DNA of 35,466 nucleotides from a virus (Duplodnaviria; Heunggongvirae; Uroviricota; Caudoviricetes): IMG/VR virus record IMGVR_UViG_2711768053_000015; one strand, 5' to 3'. Shown piece by piece: positions 26,826 to 35,466 of this stretch (position 1 is its first letter; each line of letters starts with the position of its first letter). The notes under the pieces were generated by a model. It saw only the letters and a program-made list of their open reading frames with translations, ran no database searches and was not told where the DNA came from. The position numbers and the translations under genes were made by a program.

Positions 26826-27088
26826 GTTGCGATTCAGAATCGTTTCCGTAGTTCTTACTAGACTACGTCAGAATAGAATATAAATGAATAATTTCTCGTT
26901 CTTAATTCTTGCTTAAGCAATTGCGCAGTCACGTCAGTCAGTTAACTTCGATTTTAGCAGGGATAGCCACGGCTTTCGTAGCCATTTTTCATCGTAGGTA
27001 GATCAGTATTAACTTCCGCTCCTCGCTCAAAGCAGACTGTCAGATTTGATAACTTTTGGGCTATGTAAATTGTCAGTCGGAAAATGAG

Positions 27089-27130
27089 TGTGTACAAATC
27101 AGGACAGGCGGGCGAATTGCCCGCCTTTTC
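27089..27130 (+). promoter_or_regulatory. TGT-N12-ACA dyad (27089..27106, candidate Ogr late-activator site for the FI operon) abutting a GC hairpin plus T-tract (27107..27130)
   Basis: Dyad read directly; hairpin GGCGGGC-gaatt-GCCCGCC followed by TTTT; about 100-140 bp upstream of FI. Confidence 0.3.
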
Positions 27131-27229
27131 TTTATCTGTTGTTTCATCCACTGACCAGACAGGTCAAATAGCGTCTCAGGCACTGCCCAATAGAAAATAG
27201 TTGCACCCATTAACCACGGAGTTAAACGG

Positions 27230-28420
27230 ATGAGTGACTATCATCACGGCGTGCAGGTGCTGGAGATTAACGACGGCACCCGCGTCATTTCCACCGTATC
27301 CACCGCCATTGTCGGCATGGTCTGCACGGCCAGCGATGCGGATGCGGAAATCTTCCCCCTCAATAAACCGGTGCTGATTACCAATGTGCAGAGCGCAATT
27401 GCAAAGGCCGGTAAAAAAGGCACGCTGGCGGCATCGTTGCAGGCCATCGCCGACCAGTCAAAACCGGTCACCGTTGTCGTGCGTGTGGAAGACGGCACCG
27501 GCGAAGACGAAGAAACGAAACTCGCGCAGACTGTTTCCAATATCATCGGAACCACCGACGAAAACGGTCAGTACACCGGACTGAAAGCCCTGCTGGCGGC
27601 GGAGTCGGTAACCGGTGTTAAACCGCGTATTCTTGGTGTGCCGGGGCTGGATATCAAAGAGGTGGCTGTTGCACTGGCATCAGTCTGTCAGAAGCTGCGC
27701 GCTTTCGGGTATATCAGCGCATGGGGCTGTAAAACCATTTCTGAGGTGAAAGCCTACCGCCAGAATTTCAGCCAGCGTGAGCTGATGGTCATCTGGCCGG
27801 ATTTCCTCGCATGGGATACGGTCACCAGTACCACCGCCACCGCGTATGCCACCGCCCGTGCGCTGGGTCTGCGCGCTAAAATCGACCAGGAGCAGGGCTG
27901 GCATAAAACGCTGTCCAATGTCGGGGTAAACGGTGTTACCGGCATCAGTGCCTCTGTATTCTGGGATTTGCAGGAGTCCGGCACCGATGCTGACCTGTTG
28001 AACGAGTCAGGTGTCACAACGCTGATTCGCCGTGACGGTTTCCGCTTCTGGGGTAACCGTACCTGCTCGGATGACCCGCTGTTCCTCTTTGAAAACTATA
28101 CCCGCACTGCGCAGGTGCTGGCCGACACGATGGCTGAGGCGCACATGTGGGCGGTGGACAAGCCCATCACTGTAACGCTGATTCGTGACATCGTTGACGG
28201 CATCAATGCCAAATTCCGTGAGCTGAAAACAAACGGCTATATCGTGGATGCGACCTGCTGGTTCAGCGAAGAATCCAACGATGCGGAAACCCTCAAGGCC
28301 GGAAAACTGTATATCGACTACGACTATACACCGGTGCCTCCTCTTGAAAACCTGACCCTGCGCCAGCGTATTACCGATAAATACCTGGCAAATCTGGTCA
28401 CCTCGGTTAACAGCAATTAA
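27230..28420 (+). CDS. FI: Tail sheath protein FI (396 aa)
   Basis: ORF track; GGAG RBS; length and order match P2. Confidence 0.93.
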   Translation: MSDYHHGVQVLEINDGTRVISTVSTAIVGMVCTASDADAEIFPLNKPVLITNVQSAIAKAGKKGTLAASLQAIADQSKPVTVVVRVEDGTGEDEETKLAQTVSNIIGTTDENGQYTGLKALLAAESVTGVKPRILGVPGLDIKEVAVALASVCQKLRAFGYISAWGCKTISEVKAYRQNFSQRELMVIWPDFLAWDTVTSTTATAYATARALGLRAKIDQEQGWHKTLSNVGVNGVTGISASVFWDLQESGTDADLLNESGVTTLIRRDGFRFWGNRTCSDDPLFLFENYTRTAQVLADTMAEAHMWAVDKPITVTLIRDIVDGINAKFRELKTNGYIVDATCWFSEESNDAETLKAGKLYIDYDYTPVPPLENLTLRQRITDKYLANLVTSVNSN

Positions 28421-28432
28421 GGAGCCTGACCG

Positions 28433-28951
28433 ATGGCAATGCCGCGCAAACTCAAGTTAATGAACGTCTTTCTGAACGGCTACAGCTATCAGGGCGTTGC
28501 AAAGTCCGTCACGCTGCCAAAACTGACCCGTAAGCTTGAAAACTATCGCGGTGCGGGGATGAACGGCAGCGCACCGGTAGACCTCGGCCTTGATGACGAT
28601 GCGCTGTCAATGGAGTGGTCGCTCGGGGGCTTCCCGGATTCGGTTATCTGGGAGCTTTACGCCGCAACCGGTGTGGATGCCGTGCCGATTCGTTTTGCCG
28701 GCTCTTACCAGCGCGACGATACCGGCGAAACGGTGGCCGTCGAGGTGGTCATGCGTGGCCGTCAGAAAGAAATCGACACCGGCGAGGGGAAACAGGGAGA
28801 AGATACCGAGTCGAAAATCTCCGTGGTCTGCACCTATTTCCGGCTGACGATGGATGGTAAGGAGCTGGTCGAAATTGACACCATCAACATGATTGAGAAG
28901 GTGAACGGCGTCGACCGGCTGGAGCAACACCGCCGCAATATCGGCCTGTGA
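28433..28951 (+). CDS. FII: Tail tube protein FII (172 aa)
   Basis: ORF track; GGAG RBS; follows the sheath gene. Confidence 0.93.
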   Translation: MAMPRKLKLMNVFLNGYSYQGVAKSVTLPKLTRKLENYRGAGMNGSAPVDLGLDDDALSMEWSLGGFPDSVIWELYAATGVDAVPIRFAGSYQRDDTGETVAVEVVMRGRQKEIDTGEGKQGEDTESKISVVCTYFRLTMDGKELVEIDTINMIEKVNGVDRLEQHRRNIGL

Positions 28952-29007
28952 TTTTCATCCGGTCAGCCAGGCTGACCGGTTAACCCTGATTCAGAAGTGA
29001 GAAAACC

Positions 29008-29283
29008 ATGAACAAAGAAAATGTCATTACCCTGGACAATCCGGTTAAACGTGGTGAGCAGGTTATCGAACAGGTCACGCTGATGAAACCTAATGCCGGG
29101 ACGCTGCGCGGTGTCAGTCTAGCTGCGGTCGCAAACTCCGAAGTCGATGCACTGATTAAAGTGCTGCCGCGCATGACGGCACCGATGCTGACCGAGCAGG
29201 AAGTCGCCGCACTGGAACTGCCTGACCTTGTGGCGCTGGCCGGTAAGGTGGTCGGTTTTTTGTCGCCGAACTCGGTGCAGTGA
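29008..29283 (+). CDS. E: Tail assembly chaperone E (91 aa)
   Basis: ORF track; position before the tape measure gene. Confidence 0.88.
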   Translation: MNKENVITLDNPVKRGEQVIEQVTLMKPNAGTLRGVSLAAVANSEVDALIKVLPRMTAPMLTEQEVAALELPDLVALAGKVVGFLSPNSVQ

Positions 29284-29435
29284 CGTTCCCGAAAAATCTG
29301 TCGGTCGATGACCTGATGGCGGATGTGGCAGTGATATTTCACTGGCCGCCATCAGAACTGTATCCCATGAGCCTGACCGAACTCATCACATGGCGCGAAA
29401 AGGCGCTCCGGCGAAGCGGAAACACGAATGAGTAA
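29008..29435 (+). CDS. E': E+E' fusion (142 aa) made by programmed -1 frameshift at slippery heptamer T_TTT_TTG (29256..29262)
   Basis: The -1 frame is open from the slip site to a TAA at 29433..29435, giving 142 aa, the P2 E+E' length; analogous to lambda G/GT. Confidence 0.6.
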
Positions 29436-31875
29436 CAATGTAAAATTACAGGTATTGCTCAGGGCTGTTGACCAGGCATCCCGCCCGTTTAAATCCATCA
29501 GTACAGCGAGTAAGTCGCTGTCGGGGAATATCCGGGAAACACAAAAATCACTGCGCGAGCTGAACGGTCACGCATCCCGTATTGAGGGATTCCGCAAGAC
29601 CAGTGCACAGCTTGCCGTGACTGGTCATGCACTTGAAAAGGCACGGCAGGAAGCCGAAGCCCTTGCCACACAGTTTAAAAATACCGAACGACCGACCCGT
29701 GCTCAGGCGAAAGTGCTGGAATCCGCAAAGCGTGCGGCGGAGGACTTACAGGCGAAATATAACCGCCTGACGGATTCCGTTAAACGCCAGCAGCGGGAAC
29801 TGGCCGTTGTGGGAATTAATACCCGCAATCTTGCACATGATGAGCAGGGACTGAAAAACCGTATCAGTGAAACCACCGCACAGCTTAACCGGCAGCGTGA
29901 TGCGCTGGCGCGTGTCAGTGCGCAACAGGCAAAACTTAACGCAGTCAAACAGCGTTATCAGGCCGGAAAGGAACTGGCCGGAAATATGGCCTCAGTGGGC
30001 GCTGCCGGTGTGGGGATTGCGGCGGCGGGAACGATGGCCGGTGTTAAGCTGCTGATGCCAGGTTATGAGTTTGCGCAGAAAAACTCAGAATTGCAGGCCG
30101 TGCTCGGTGTGGCAAAAGACTCCGCCGAAATGGCTGCACTACGCAAGCAGGCGCGCCAGCTCGGCGACAACACCGCCGCTTCGGCGGATGATGCTGCCGG
30201 TGCACAGATTATTATCGCGAAAGCCGGTGGGGATGTTGATGCCATTCAGGCGGCAACGCCGGTCACGCTGAACATGGCGCTGGCGAACCGCCGCACGATG
30301 GAAGAAAACGCCGCCCTGCTGATGGGGATGAAATCCGCCTTTCAGCTTTCAAACGATAAGGTCGCTCATATCGGGGATGTTCTCTCCATGACGATGAACA
30401 AAACCGCCGCCGATTTTGACGGTATGAGCGATGCGCTGACCTATGCCGCACCAGTGGCAAAAAATGCCGGTGTCAGCATTGAAGAAACCGCCGCAATGGT
30501 CGGGGCGCTGCATGATGCAAAAATTACCGGTTCAATGGCGGGGACGGGAAGCCGTGCTGTGTTAAGTCGCCTGCAGGCACCAACGGGAAAAGCATGGGAT
30601 GCACTCAAAGAACTTGGCGTGAAAACCTCAGACAGCAAGGGAAACACCCGACCAGTATTTACCATTCTGAAAGAAATGCAGGCCAGTTTTGAGAAAAACC
30701 GGCTCGGTACTGCCCAGCAGGCTGAATACATGAAAACCATTTTCGGGGAGGAGGCCAGTTCAGCCGCCGCCGTGCTGATGACTGCCGCCTCAACCGGAAA
30801 GCTGGACAAACTGACCGCTGCGTTTAAAGCCTCAGACGGGAAAACTGCAGAGCTGGTAAATATCATGCAGGACAATCTCGGCGGTGACTTTAAGGAGTTT
30901 CAGTCCGCTTATGAGGCGGTGGGGACAGACCTGTTTGACCAGCAGGAAGGCGCACTGCGTAATCTCACGCAGACGGCCACAAAGTATGTGTTAAAACTCG
31001 ACGGCTGGATCCAGAAAAACAAATCACTGGCGTCAACCATCGGCATCATTGCCGGTGGCGCACTGGCGCTTACTGGCATCATCGGTGCCATTGGTCTTGT
31101 AGCCTGGCCGGTTATCACCGGCATCAATGCCATCATCGCGGCAGCAGGCGCAATGGGGGCAATCTTCACGACGGTTGGCAGTGCTGTTATGACGGCCATC
31201 GGGGCGATTAGCTGGCCGGTTGTGGCCGTGGTGGCCGCCATTGTCGCCGGGGCGTTGCTTATCCGTAAATACTGGGAGCCTGTCAGCGCATTCTTCGGCG
31301 GTGTGGTTGAAGGGCTGAAAGCGGCATTTGCGCCGGTGGGGGAGCTGTTCTCGCCACTGAAACCGGTGTTTGACTGGCTGGGCGAAAAGTTACAGGCCGC
31401 GTGGCAGTGGTTTAAAAACCTGATTGCCCCGGTCAAAGCCACCCAGGACACCCTGAACCGTTGCCGTGATACTGGCGTCATGTTCGGGCAGGCACTGGCT
31501 GACGCGCTGATGCTGCCGCTTAATGCGTTCAACAAACTGCGCAGCGGAATTGACTGGGTACTGGAAAAACTCGGTGTTATCAACAAAGAGTCAGACACAC
31601 TTGACCAGACCGCCGCCAGAACTCAAGCCGCCACGTATGGCAGCGGTGGTTATATTCCGGCGACCAGCTCTTATGCAGGCTATCAGGCTTATCAGCCGGT
31701 TACGGCACCGGCTGGCCGCTCTTATGTGGACCAGAGTAAAAACGAATATCGCATCAGCCTGACGGGTGGTACTGCGCCGGGGACACAGCTTGACCGCCAG
31801 TTACAGGATGCGCTCGAAAAATACGAGCGGGATAAACGTGCGCGCGCCCGTGCCAGCATGATGCATGACGGTTAA
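29428..31875 (+). CDS. T: Tail tape measure protein T (815 aa)
   Basis: ORF track; long Ala/Gly-rich helical and hydrophobic segments; length matches P2 gpT. Confidence 0.93.
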   Translation: MSNNVKLQVLLRAVDQASRPFKSISTASKSLSGNIRETQKSLRELNGHASRIEGFRKTSAQLAVTGHALEKARQEAEALATQFKNTERPTRAQAKVLESAKRAAEDLQAKYNRLTDSVKRQQRELAVVGINTRNLAHDEQGLKNRISETTAQLNRQRDALARVSAQQAKLNAVKQRYQAGKELAGNMASVGAAGVGIAAAGTMAGVKLLMPGYEFAQKNSELQAVLGVAKDSAEMAALRKQARQLGDNTAASADDAAGAQIIIAKAGGDVDAIQAATPVTLNMALANRRTMEENAALLMGMKSAFQLSNDKVAHIGDVLSMTMNKTAADFDGMSDALTYAAPVAKNAGVSIEETAAMVGALHDAKITGSMAGTGSRAVLSRLQAPTGKAWDALKELGVKTSDSKGNTRPVFTILKEMQASFEKNRLGTAQQAEYMKTIFGEEASSAAAVLMTAASTGKLDKLTAAFKASDGKTAELVNIMQDNLGGDFKEFQSAYEAVGTDLFDQQEGALRNLTQTATKYVLKLDGWIQKNKSLASTIGIIAGGALALTGIIGAIGLVAWPVITGINAIIAAAGAMGAIFTTVGSAVMTAIGAISWPVVAVVAAIVAGALLIRKYWEPVSAFFGGVVEGLKAAFAPVGELFSPLKPVFDWLGEKLQAAWQWFKNLIAPVKATQDTLNRCRDTGVMFGQALADALMLPLNAFNKLRSGIDWVLEKLGVINKESDTLDQTAARTQAATYGSGGYIPATSSYAGYQAYQPVTAPAGRSYVDQSKNEYRISLTGGTAPGTQLDRQLQDALEKYERDKRARARASMMHDG

Positions 31876-31889
31876 GGAGGTGACGAAAA

Positions 31890-32369
31890 ATGATGCTCGC
31901 GTTAGGTATGTTTGTTTTTATGCGCCAGACGCTGCCACACCAGACCATGCAGCGTGAATCGGATTATCGCTGGCCGTCAAATTCCCGTATCGGTAAACGG
32001 GATGCCTTTCAGTTTCTCGGTGTGGGTGAGGAAAACATCACGCTGGCCGGTGTGCTTTATCCCGAACTGACCGGCGGAAAGCTGACGATGACCACGCTCA
32101 GGCTGATGGCAGAGGAAGGTCGGGCGTGGCCGTTGCTGGATGGCACCGGCATGATTTACGGCATGTATGTCATCAGCAGGGTGAGTGAAACAGGGAGTAT
32201 TTTCTTTGCAGACGGCACACCCCGGAAAATTGATTTTACGCTGTCGCTCACCCGCGTTGATGAATCACTGGCCGCGCTTTATGGCGATATCGGTAAACAG
32301 GCGGAATCGCTCATCGGTAAGGCTGGCAGTCTGGCGACTAAATTCACGGGTATGACGGGGGCGGGATAA
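31890..32369 (+). CDS. U: Tail protein U (159 aa)
   Basis: ORF track; GGAGG RBS; order matches P2. Confidence 0.9.
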   Translation: MMLALGMFVFMRQTLPHQTMQRESDYRWPSNSRIGKRDAFQFLGVGEENITLAGVLYPELTGGKLTMTTLRLMAEEGRAWPLLDGTGMIYGMYVISRVSETGSIFFADGTPRKIDFTLSLTRVDESLAALYGDIGKQAESLIGKAGSLATKFTGMTGAG

Positions 32370-33532
32370 TGCTGGATGCGCTGACATTTGATGCAGGCAG
32401 TACGCTGACGCCGGATTACATGCTGATGCTCGACAGCAGGGATATTACCGGCAATATCAGCGACCGTCTGATGAGCATGACCCTGACGGATAACCGGGGC
32501 TTTGAGGCTGACCAGCTTGATATTGAACTGAACGATGCTGACGGGCAGGTCGGGCTGCCGGTTCGTGGCGCTGTCCTGACGGTGTATATCGGCTGGAAAG
32601 GTTTTGCCCTGGTATGCAAAGGGAAATTCACCGTTGATGAGGTTGAACACCGGGGCGCGCCGGATGTGGTTACCATCCGCGCCCGGAGTGCAGATTTTCG
32701 CGGGACGCTCAATTCCCGCCGTGAAGGTTCATGGCATGACACCACGCTCGGTGCGATTGTTGAGGCGATAGCCTCCCGTAACAGGCTGGAAGCCAGTGTC
32801 GCGCCGTCACTGGCCGGAATTAAAATCCCGCACATCGACCAGTCGCAGGAGTCTGATGCGAAATTCCTGACCCGTCTTGCAGAACGCAACGGCGGTGAGG
32901 TCTCGGTAAAAATGGGAAAACTGTTGTTTCTCAAAGCGGGGCAGGGGGTGACGGCCAGTGGTAAAAAAATCCCGCAGGTCACCATAACCCGCAGCGACGG
33001 CGACCGCCATCATTTTGCGATTGCTGACCGTGGAGCCTACACCGGTGTAACGGCAAAGTGGCTACACACCAAAGACCCGAAGCCTCAAAAGCAGAAGGTA
33101 AAACTGAAACGCAAAAAGAAAGAGAAACACCTGCGCGCACTGGAGCACCCGAAAGCGAAACCGGTCAGGCAGAAGAAAGCGCCTAAAGTACCGGAAGCGC
33201 GTGAAGGTGAATACATGGCCGGTGAGGCTGACAACGTTTTTGCCCTGACCACGGTATATGCCACGAAAGCGCAGGCCATGCGCGCCGCTCAGGCGAAGTG
33301 GGATAAACTGCAACGGGGCGTTGCGGAGTTCTCCATCAGCCTGGCTACCGGTCGGGCAGATATTTACACGGAAACACCGGTCAAAGTGTCTGGCTTTAAG
33401 CGCGTCATAGACGAGCAGGACTGGACAATCACTAAGGTGACACACTTTCTGAATAATAGTGGCTTCACGACGTCCTTAGAACTTGAGGTAAGGCTTTCTG
33501 ATGTGGAGTACGAAACAGAAGATGATGAGTGA
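32369..33532 (+). CDS. D: Tail protein D (late gene D, 387 aa)
   Basis: ORF track; ATGA overlap with U; length matches P2 gpD. Confidence 0.92.
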   Translation: MLDALTFDAGSTLTPDYMLMLDSRDITGNISDRLMSMTLTDNRGFEADQLDIELNDADGQVGLPVRGAVLTVYIGWKGFALVCKGKFTVDEVEHRGAPDVVTIRARSADFRGTLNSRREGSWHDTTLGAIVEAIASRNRLEASVAPSLAGIKIPHIDQSQESDAKFLTRLAERNGGEVSVKMGKLLFLKAGQGVTASGKKIPQVTITRSDGDRHHFAIADRGAYTGVTAKWLHTKDPKPQKQKVKLKRKKKEKHLRALEHPKAKPVRQKKAPKVPEAREGEYMAGEADNVFALTTVYATKAQAMRAAQAKWDKLQRGVAEFSISLATGRADIYTETPVKVSGFKRVIDEQDWTITKVTHFLNNSGFTTSLELEVRLSDVEYETEDDE

Positions 33533-33613
33533 TATTTTTTATTTATCTGTTTGTTTTATAAGGATAAATTAACTAAAATGACACCATCAACAAAACCGGA
33601 AGAGGTGCTCGCG

Positions 33614-33832
33614 ATGTTTCATTGTCCTTTATGCCAGCATGCCGCACATGCGCGTACAAGTCGCTATATCACTGACACGACAAAAGAGCGTTATCACCAG
33701 TGCCAGAACGTGAATTGCAGCGCCACGTTCATCACTTATGAGTCGGTACAGCGATACATCGTGAAGCCGGGAGAAGTCCACGCCGTAAGGCCGCACCCGT
33801 TGCCGTCAGGGCAGCAAATTATGTGGATGTAA
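33614..33832 (+). CDS. ogr: Late-gene transcriptional activator Ogr (72-aa zinc-finger protein)
   Basis: ORF track 33551..33832; ATG at 33614 preceded by GAGGTG; CPLC...x-CQNVNC zinc motif; matches recalled P2 Ogr. Confidence 0.9.
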   Translation: MFHCPLCQHAAHARTSRYITDTTKERYHQCQNVNCSATFITYESVQRYIVKPGEVHAVRPHPLPSGQQIMWM

Positions 33833-33844
33833 TTACATACAGGA

Positions 33845-33869
33845 AGCCCCTCAGTCGAGGGGCTTTTTT
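33845..33869 (+). terminator. Rho-independent terminator after ogr
   Basis: AGCCCCTC-agtc-GAGGGGCT hairpin followed by TTTTTT. Confidence 0.8.
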
Positions 33870-33874
33870 GTCGA

Positions 33875-33893
33875 TGTGGTCAATGTGTGGACG
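33875..33893. promoter_or_regulatory. Two arm-type repeats TGTGGTCA / TGTGGACG, candidate Int binding sites of the P arm
   Basis: 8-mers at 33875..33882 and 33886..33893, 11-bp spacing, about 40 bp from the attR core; related to TGTGGACA at 592..610. Confidence 0.45.
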
Positions 33894-33933
33894 TGACCAG
33901 AAATAAATCCTTTTATTTCATTGTATTACGCGT

Positions 33934-33960
33934 AAAAAATAAGCCCGTGTAAGGGAGATT
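33934..33960. repeat. attR: attR core, 27-bp direct repeat identical to 477..503
   Basis: Exact match read directly; forms the 3' terminator of cyaR. Confidence 0.85.
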
Positions 33961-34020
33961 ACACAGGCTAAGGAGGTGGTTCCTGGTACAGCTAGCATTT
34001 TATGGGTTATGTTTTTCAGC
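33934..34020 (-). ncRNA. cyaR: CyaR (RyeE) Hfq-dependent small RNA, about 87 nt
   Basis: Reverse complement reads GCUGAAAAACAUAACCCAUAAAAUGCUAGCUGUACCAGGAACCACCUCCUUAGCCUGUGUAAUCUCCCUUACACGGGCUUAUUUUUU, matching the recalled CyaR sequence; lies between ogr and yegQ as in E. coli. Confidence 0.8.
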
Positions 34021-34026
34021 GAAACG

Positions 34027-34070
34027 GATGATAACCTTAATAAATGCAGCTGTATGTGATCGGTTTCTAA
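34027..34070 (-). promoter_or_regulatory. Candidate cyaR promoter: minus-strand -10 TATCAT (34028..34033) and a CRP-like TGTGA half-site (34055..34059) centred near -41
   Basis: Elements read directly; CyaR is known to be CRP-activated (class II geometry). Confidence 0.35.
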
Positions 34071-34104
34071 GAATTTTCCATCCGGGAAAAATAATCGAAA
34101 TTAA

Positions 34105-35466
34105 TCACTTACCGTGGGGATTACGCGTGGTTTCCCCGGAGAAATTACGCATCAGCAGCGCGTAATTGAGCTCAAGATCCTGCGGGACCGGGAGCCACAC
34201 AGTATAACCATCGCCTGGTGCTATCGGCATAGCTTCGCCTTTGGCGTTTTCCATGTGCTCAAGGGTAAAATTAATGTTGCCTTGCGGCGTCATCAGCTCA
34301 AGGCTGTCGCCAACGGAGAATTTATTTTTCACCGCTACCGCCGCGAGGTCCCCCTTGCGCTCACCGGTAAACTCACCAACAAACTGCTGGCGGTCAGAAA
34401 CTGAATAACCGTATTCGTAGTTCTGATAATCGTCGTGAGTATGACGACGCAGGAAACCTTCGGTATAGCCACGATGCGCCAGACCTTCCAGAGTTTCCAG
34501 CAGGCTGGTATCGAACGGTTTTCCCGCAGCGGCGTCATCGATAGCTTTGCGGTAAACCTGTGCGGTGCGTGCACAATAGTAGAAAGATTTGGTACGACCT
34601 TCGATTTTCAGCGAATGCACGCCCATTTTGGTCAGGCGTTCTACATGGGCGATGGCGCGCAGATCTTTCGAGTTCATGATGTAAGTGCCGTGCTCATCTT
34701 CAAACGCGGTCATATACTCGCCCGGACGCTGGGCCTCTTCGATCATAAACACTTTGTCGGTTGGTGCGCCGATACCCAGCGTCGGCTCAACATTTTGCAC
34801 CGGAATCGGCTCGTACTTGTGTACGATGTTGCCAACATCATCTTCTTTCCCTTCCTGGACGTTGTACTCCCAGCGGCAGGCGTTGGTGCAGGTGCCCTGG
34901 TTCGGGTCGCGCTTGTTGATATAGCCAGAGAGCAGGCAGCGACCGGAGTAGGCCATGCACAGCGCGCCGTGAACGAAGATCTCGATCTCCATATCCGGCA
35001 CCTGATTGCGGATCTCTTCAATCTCTTCCAGCGACAGCTCGCGAGAGAGGATCACGCGGGTCAGGCCCATTTGCTGCCAGAATTTCACCGTCGCCCAGTT
35101 CACGGCGTTAGCCTGCACCGAAAGGTGGATCGGCATTTCAGGGAAGTGCTCACGCACCAGCATAATCAGCCCTGGATCGGACATAATCAGCGCATCCGGC
35201 CCCATTTCCACCACCGGTTTCAGGTCACGGATAAAGGTTTTCAGCTTGGCGTTGTGCGGTGCAATGTTGACCACGACATAAAACTTTTTCCCCAGCGCGT
35301 GGGCTTCATTGATGCCGAGCTGAAGATTTTCGTGGTTGAATTCGTTGTTGCGCACACGCAGGGAATAACGCGGCTGGCCCGCATAAACAGCATCTGCGCC
35401 ATAAGCGAAAGCGTAACGCATATTTTTCAGCGTTCCCGCCGGGGAAAGGAGTTCCGGTTTAAACAT
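34105..35466 (-). CDS. yegQ: Peptidase U32-family protein YegQ (TrhP), 453 aa; host gene
   Basis: ORF track; GC-typical host gene outside attR; sequence and length match recalled E. coli YegQ; start codon is at the window edge. Confidence 0.88.
   Translation of the reverse strand: MFKPELLSPAGTLKNMRYAFAYGADAVYAGQPRYSLRVRNNEFNHENLQLGINEAHALGKKFYVVVNIAPHNAKLKTFIRDLKPVVEMGPDALIMSDPGLIMLVREHFPEMPIHLSVQANAVNWATVKFWQQMGLTRVILSRELSLEEIEEIRNQVPDMEIEIFVHGALCMAYSGRCLLSGYINKRDPNQGTCTNACRWEYNVQEGKEDDVGNIVHKYEPIPVQNVEPTLGIGAPTDKVFMIEEAQRPGEYMTAFEDEHGTYIMNSKDLRAIAHVERLTKMGVHSLKIEGRTKSFYYCARTAQVYRKAIDDAAAGKPFDTSLLETLEGLAHRGYTEGFLRRHTHDDYQNYEYGYSVSDRQQFVGEFTGERKGDLAAVAVKNKFSVGDSLELMTPQGNINFTLEHMENAKGEAMPIAPGDGYTVWLPVPQDLELNYALLMRNFSGETTRNPHGK

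Larger units (their letters stand above)
477..33960. mobile_element. P2-like temperate phage (prophage), essentially complete, attL to attR
   Basis: Bounded by 27-bp direct repeats; contains integrase, immunity, replication, cos, head, lysis, tail and ogr modules in canonical P2 order. Confidence 0.95.

Noticed and set aside
26954-27151. 65-aa minus-strand ORF between cargo 2 and FI
   Set aside because: It overlaps the hairpin/terminator and the putative late-promoter dyad, has no RBS, and is more plausibly regulatory DNA.
33934-33960. Integration into a tRNA gene
   Set aside because: No tRNA cloverleaf is discernible at either junction; the att core instead matches the 3' terminator of the cyaR sRNA.

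Overview
This window is a near-complete P2-like (Peduovirus-type) prophage integrated at the 3' end of the cyaR small-RNA gene, flanked by host genes: a 105-aa lipoprotein (probably yegR) on the left and yegQ/trhP on the right. Perfect 27-bp direct repeats at 477..503 and 33934..33960 mark the attL/attR core. Gene order is int-C-cox-orf78-B-orf80-83-A | cargo 1 | cos | Q-P (minus strand) | O-N-M-L-X-Y-K-lysA-lysB/lysC-R-S-V-W-J-I-H-G | cargo 2 | FI-FII-E/E'-T-U-D-ogr. Two visibly AT-rich cargo islands sit at the classic variable positions of P2-like genomes. Cargo 1 (6226..10221, where P2 carries tin/old) holds a C5 cytosine methyltransferase convergent with a translationally coupled two-gene operon encoding a GHKL (histidine-kinase/MutL/MORC-like) ATPase and a 330-aa protein with no recognisable motif; this is the best candidate for an undescribed restriction-like anti-phage system. 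Cargo 2 (24744..27229, the Z/fun position) holds two convergent orphan ORFs that each carry an R-N-x3-H-G motif, a possible HEPN-type toxin/abortive-infection pair. Product calls rest on my reading of motifs and recalled P2 gene order and protein lengths; no database search or computation was run.
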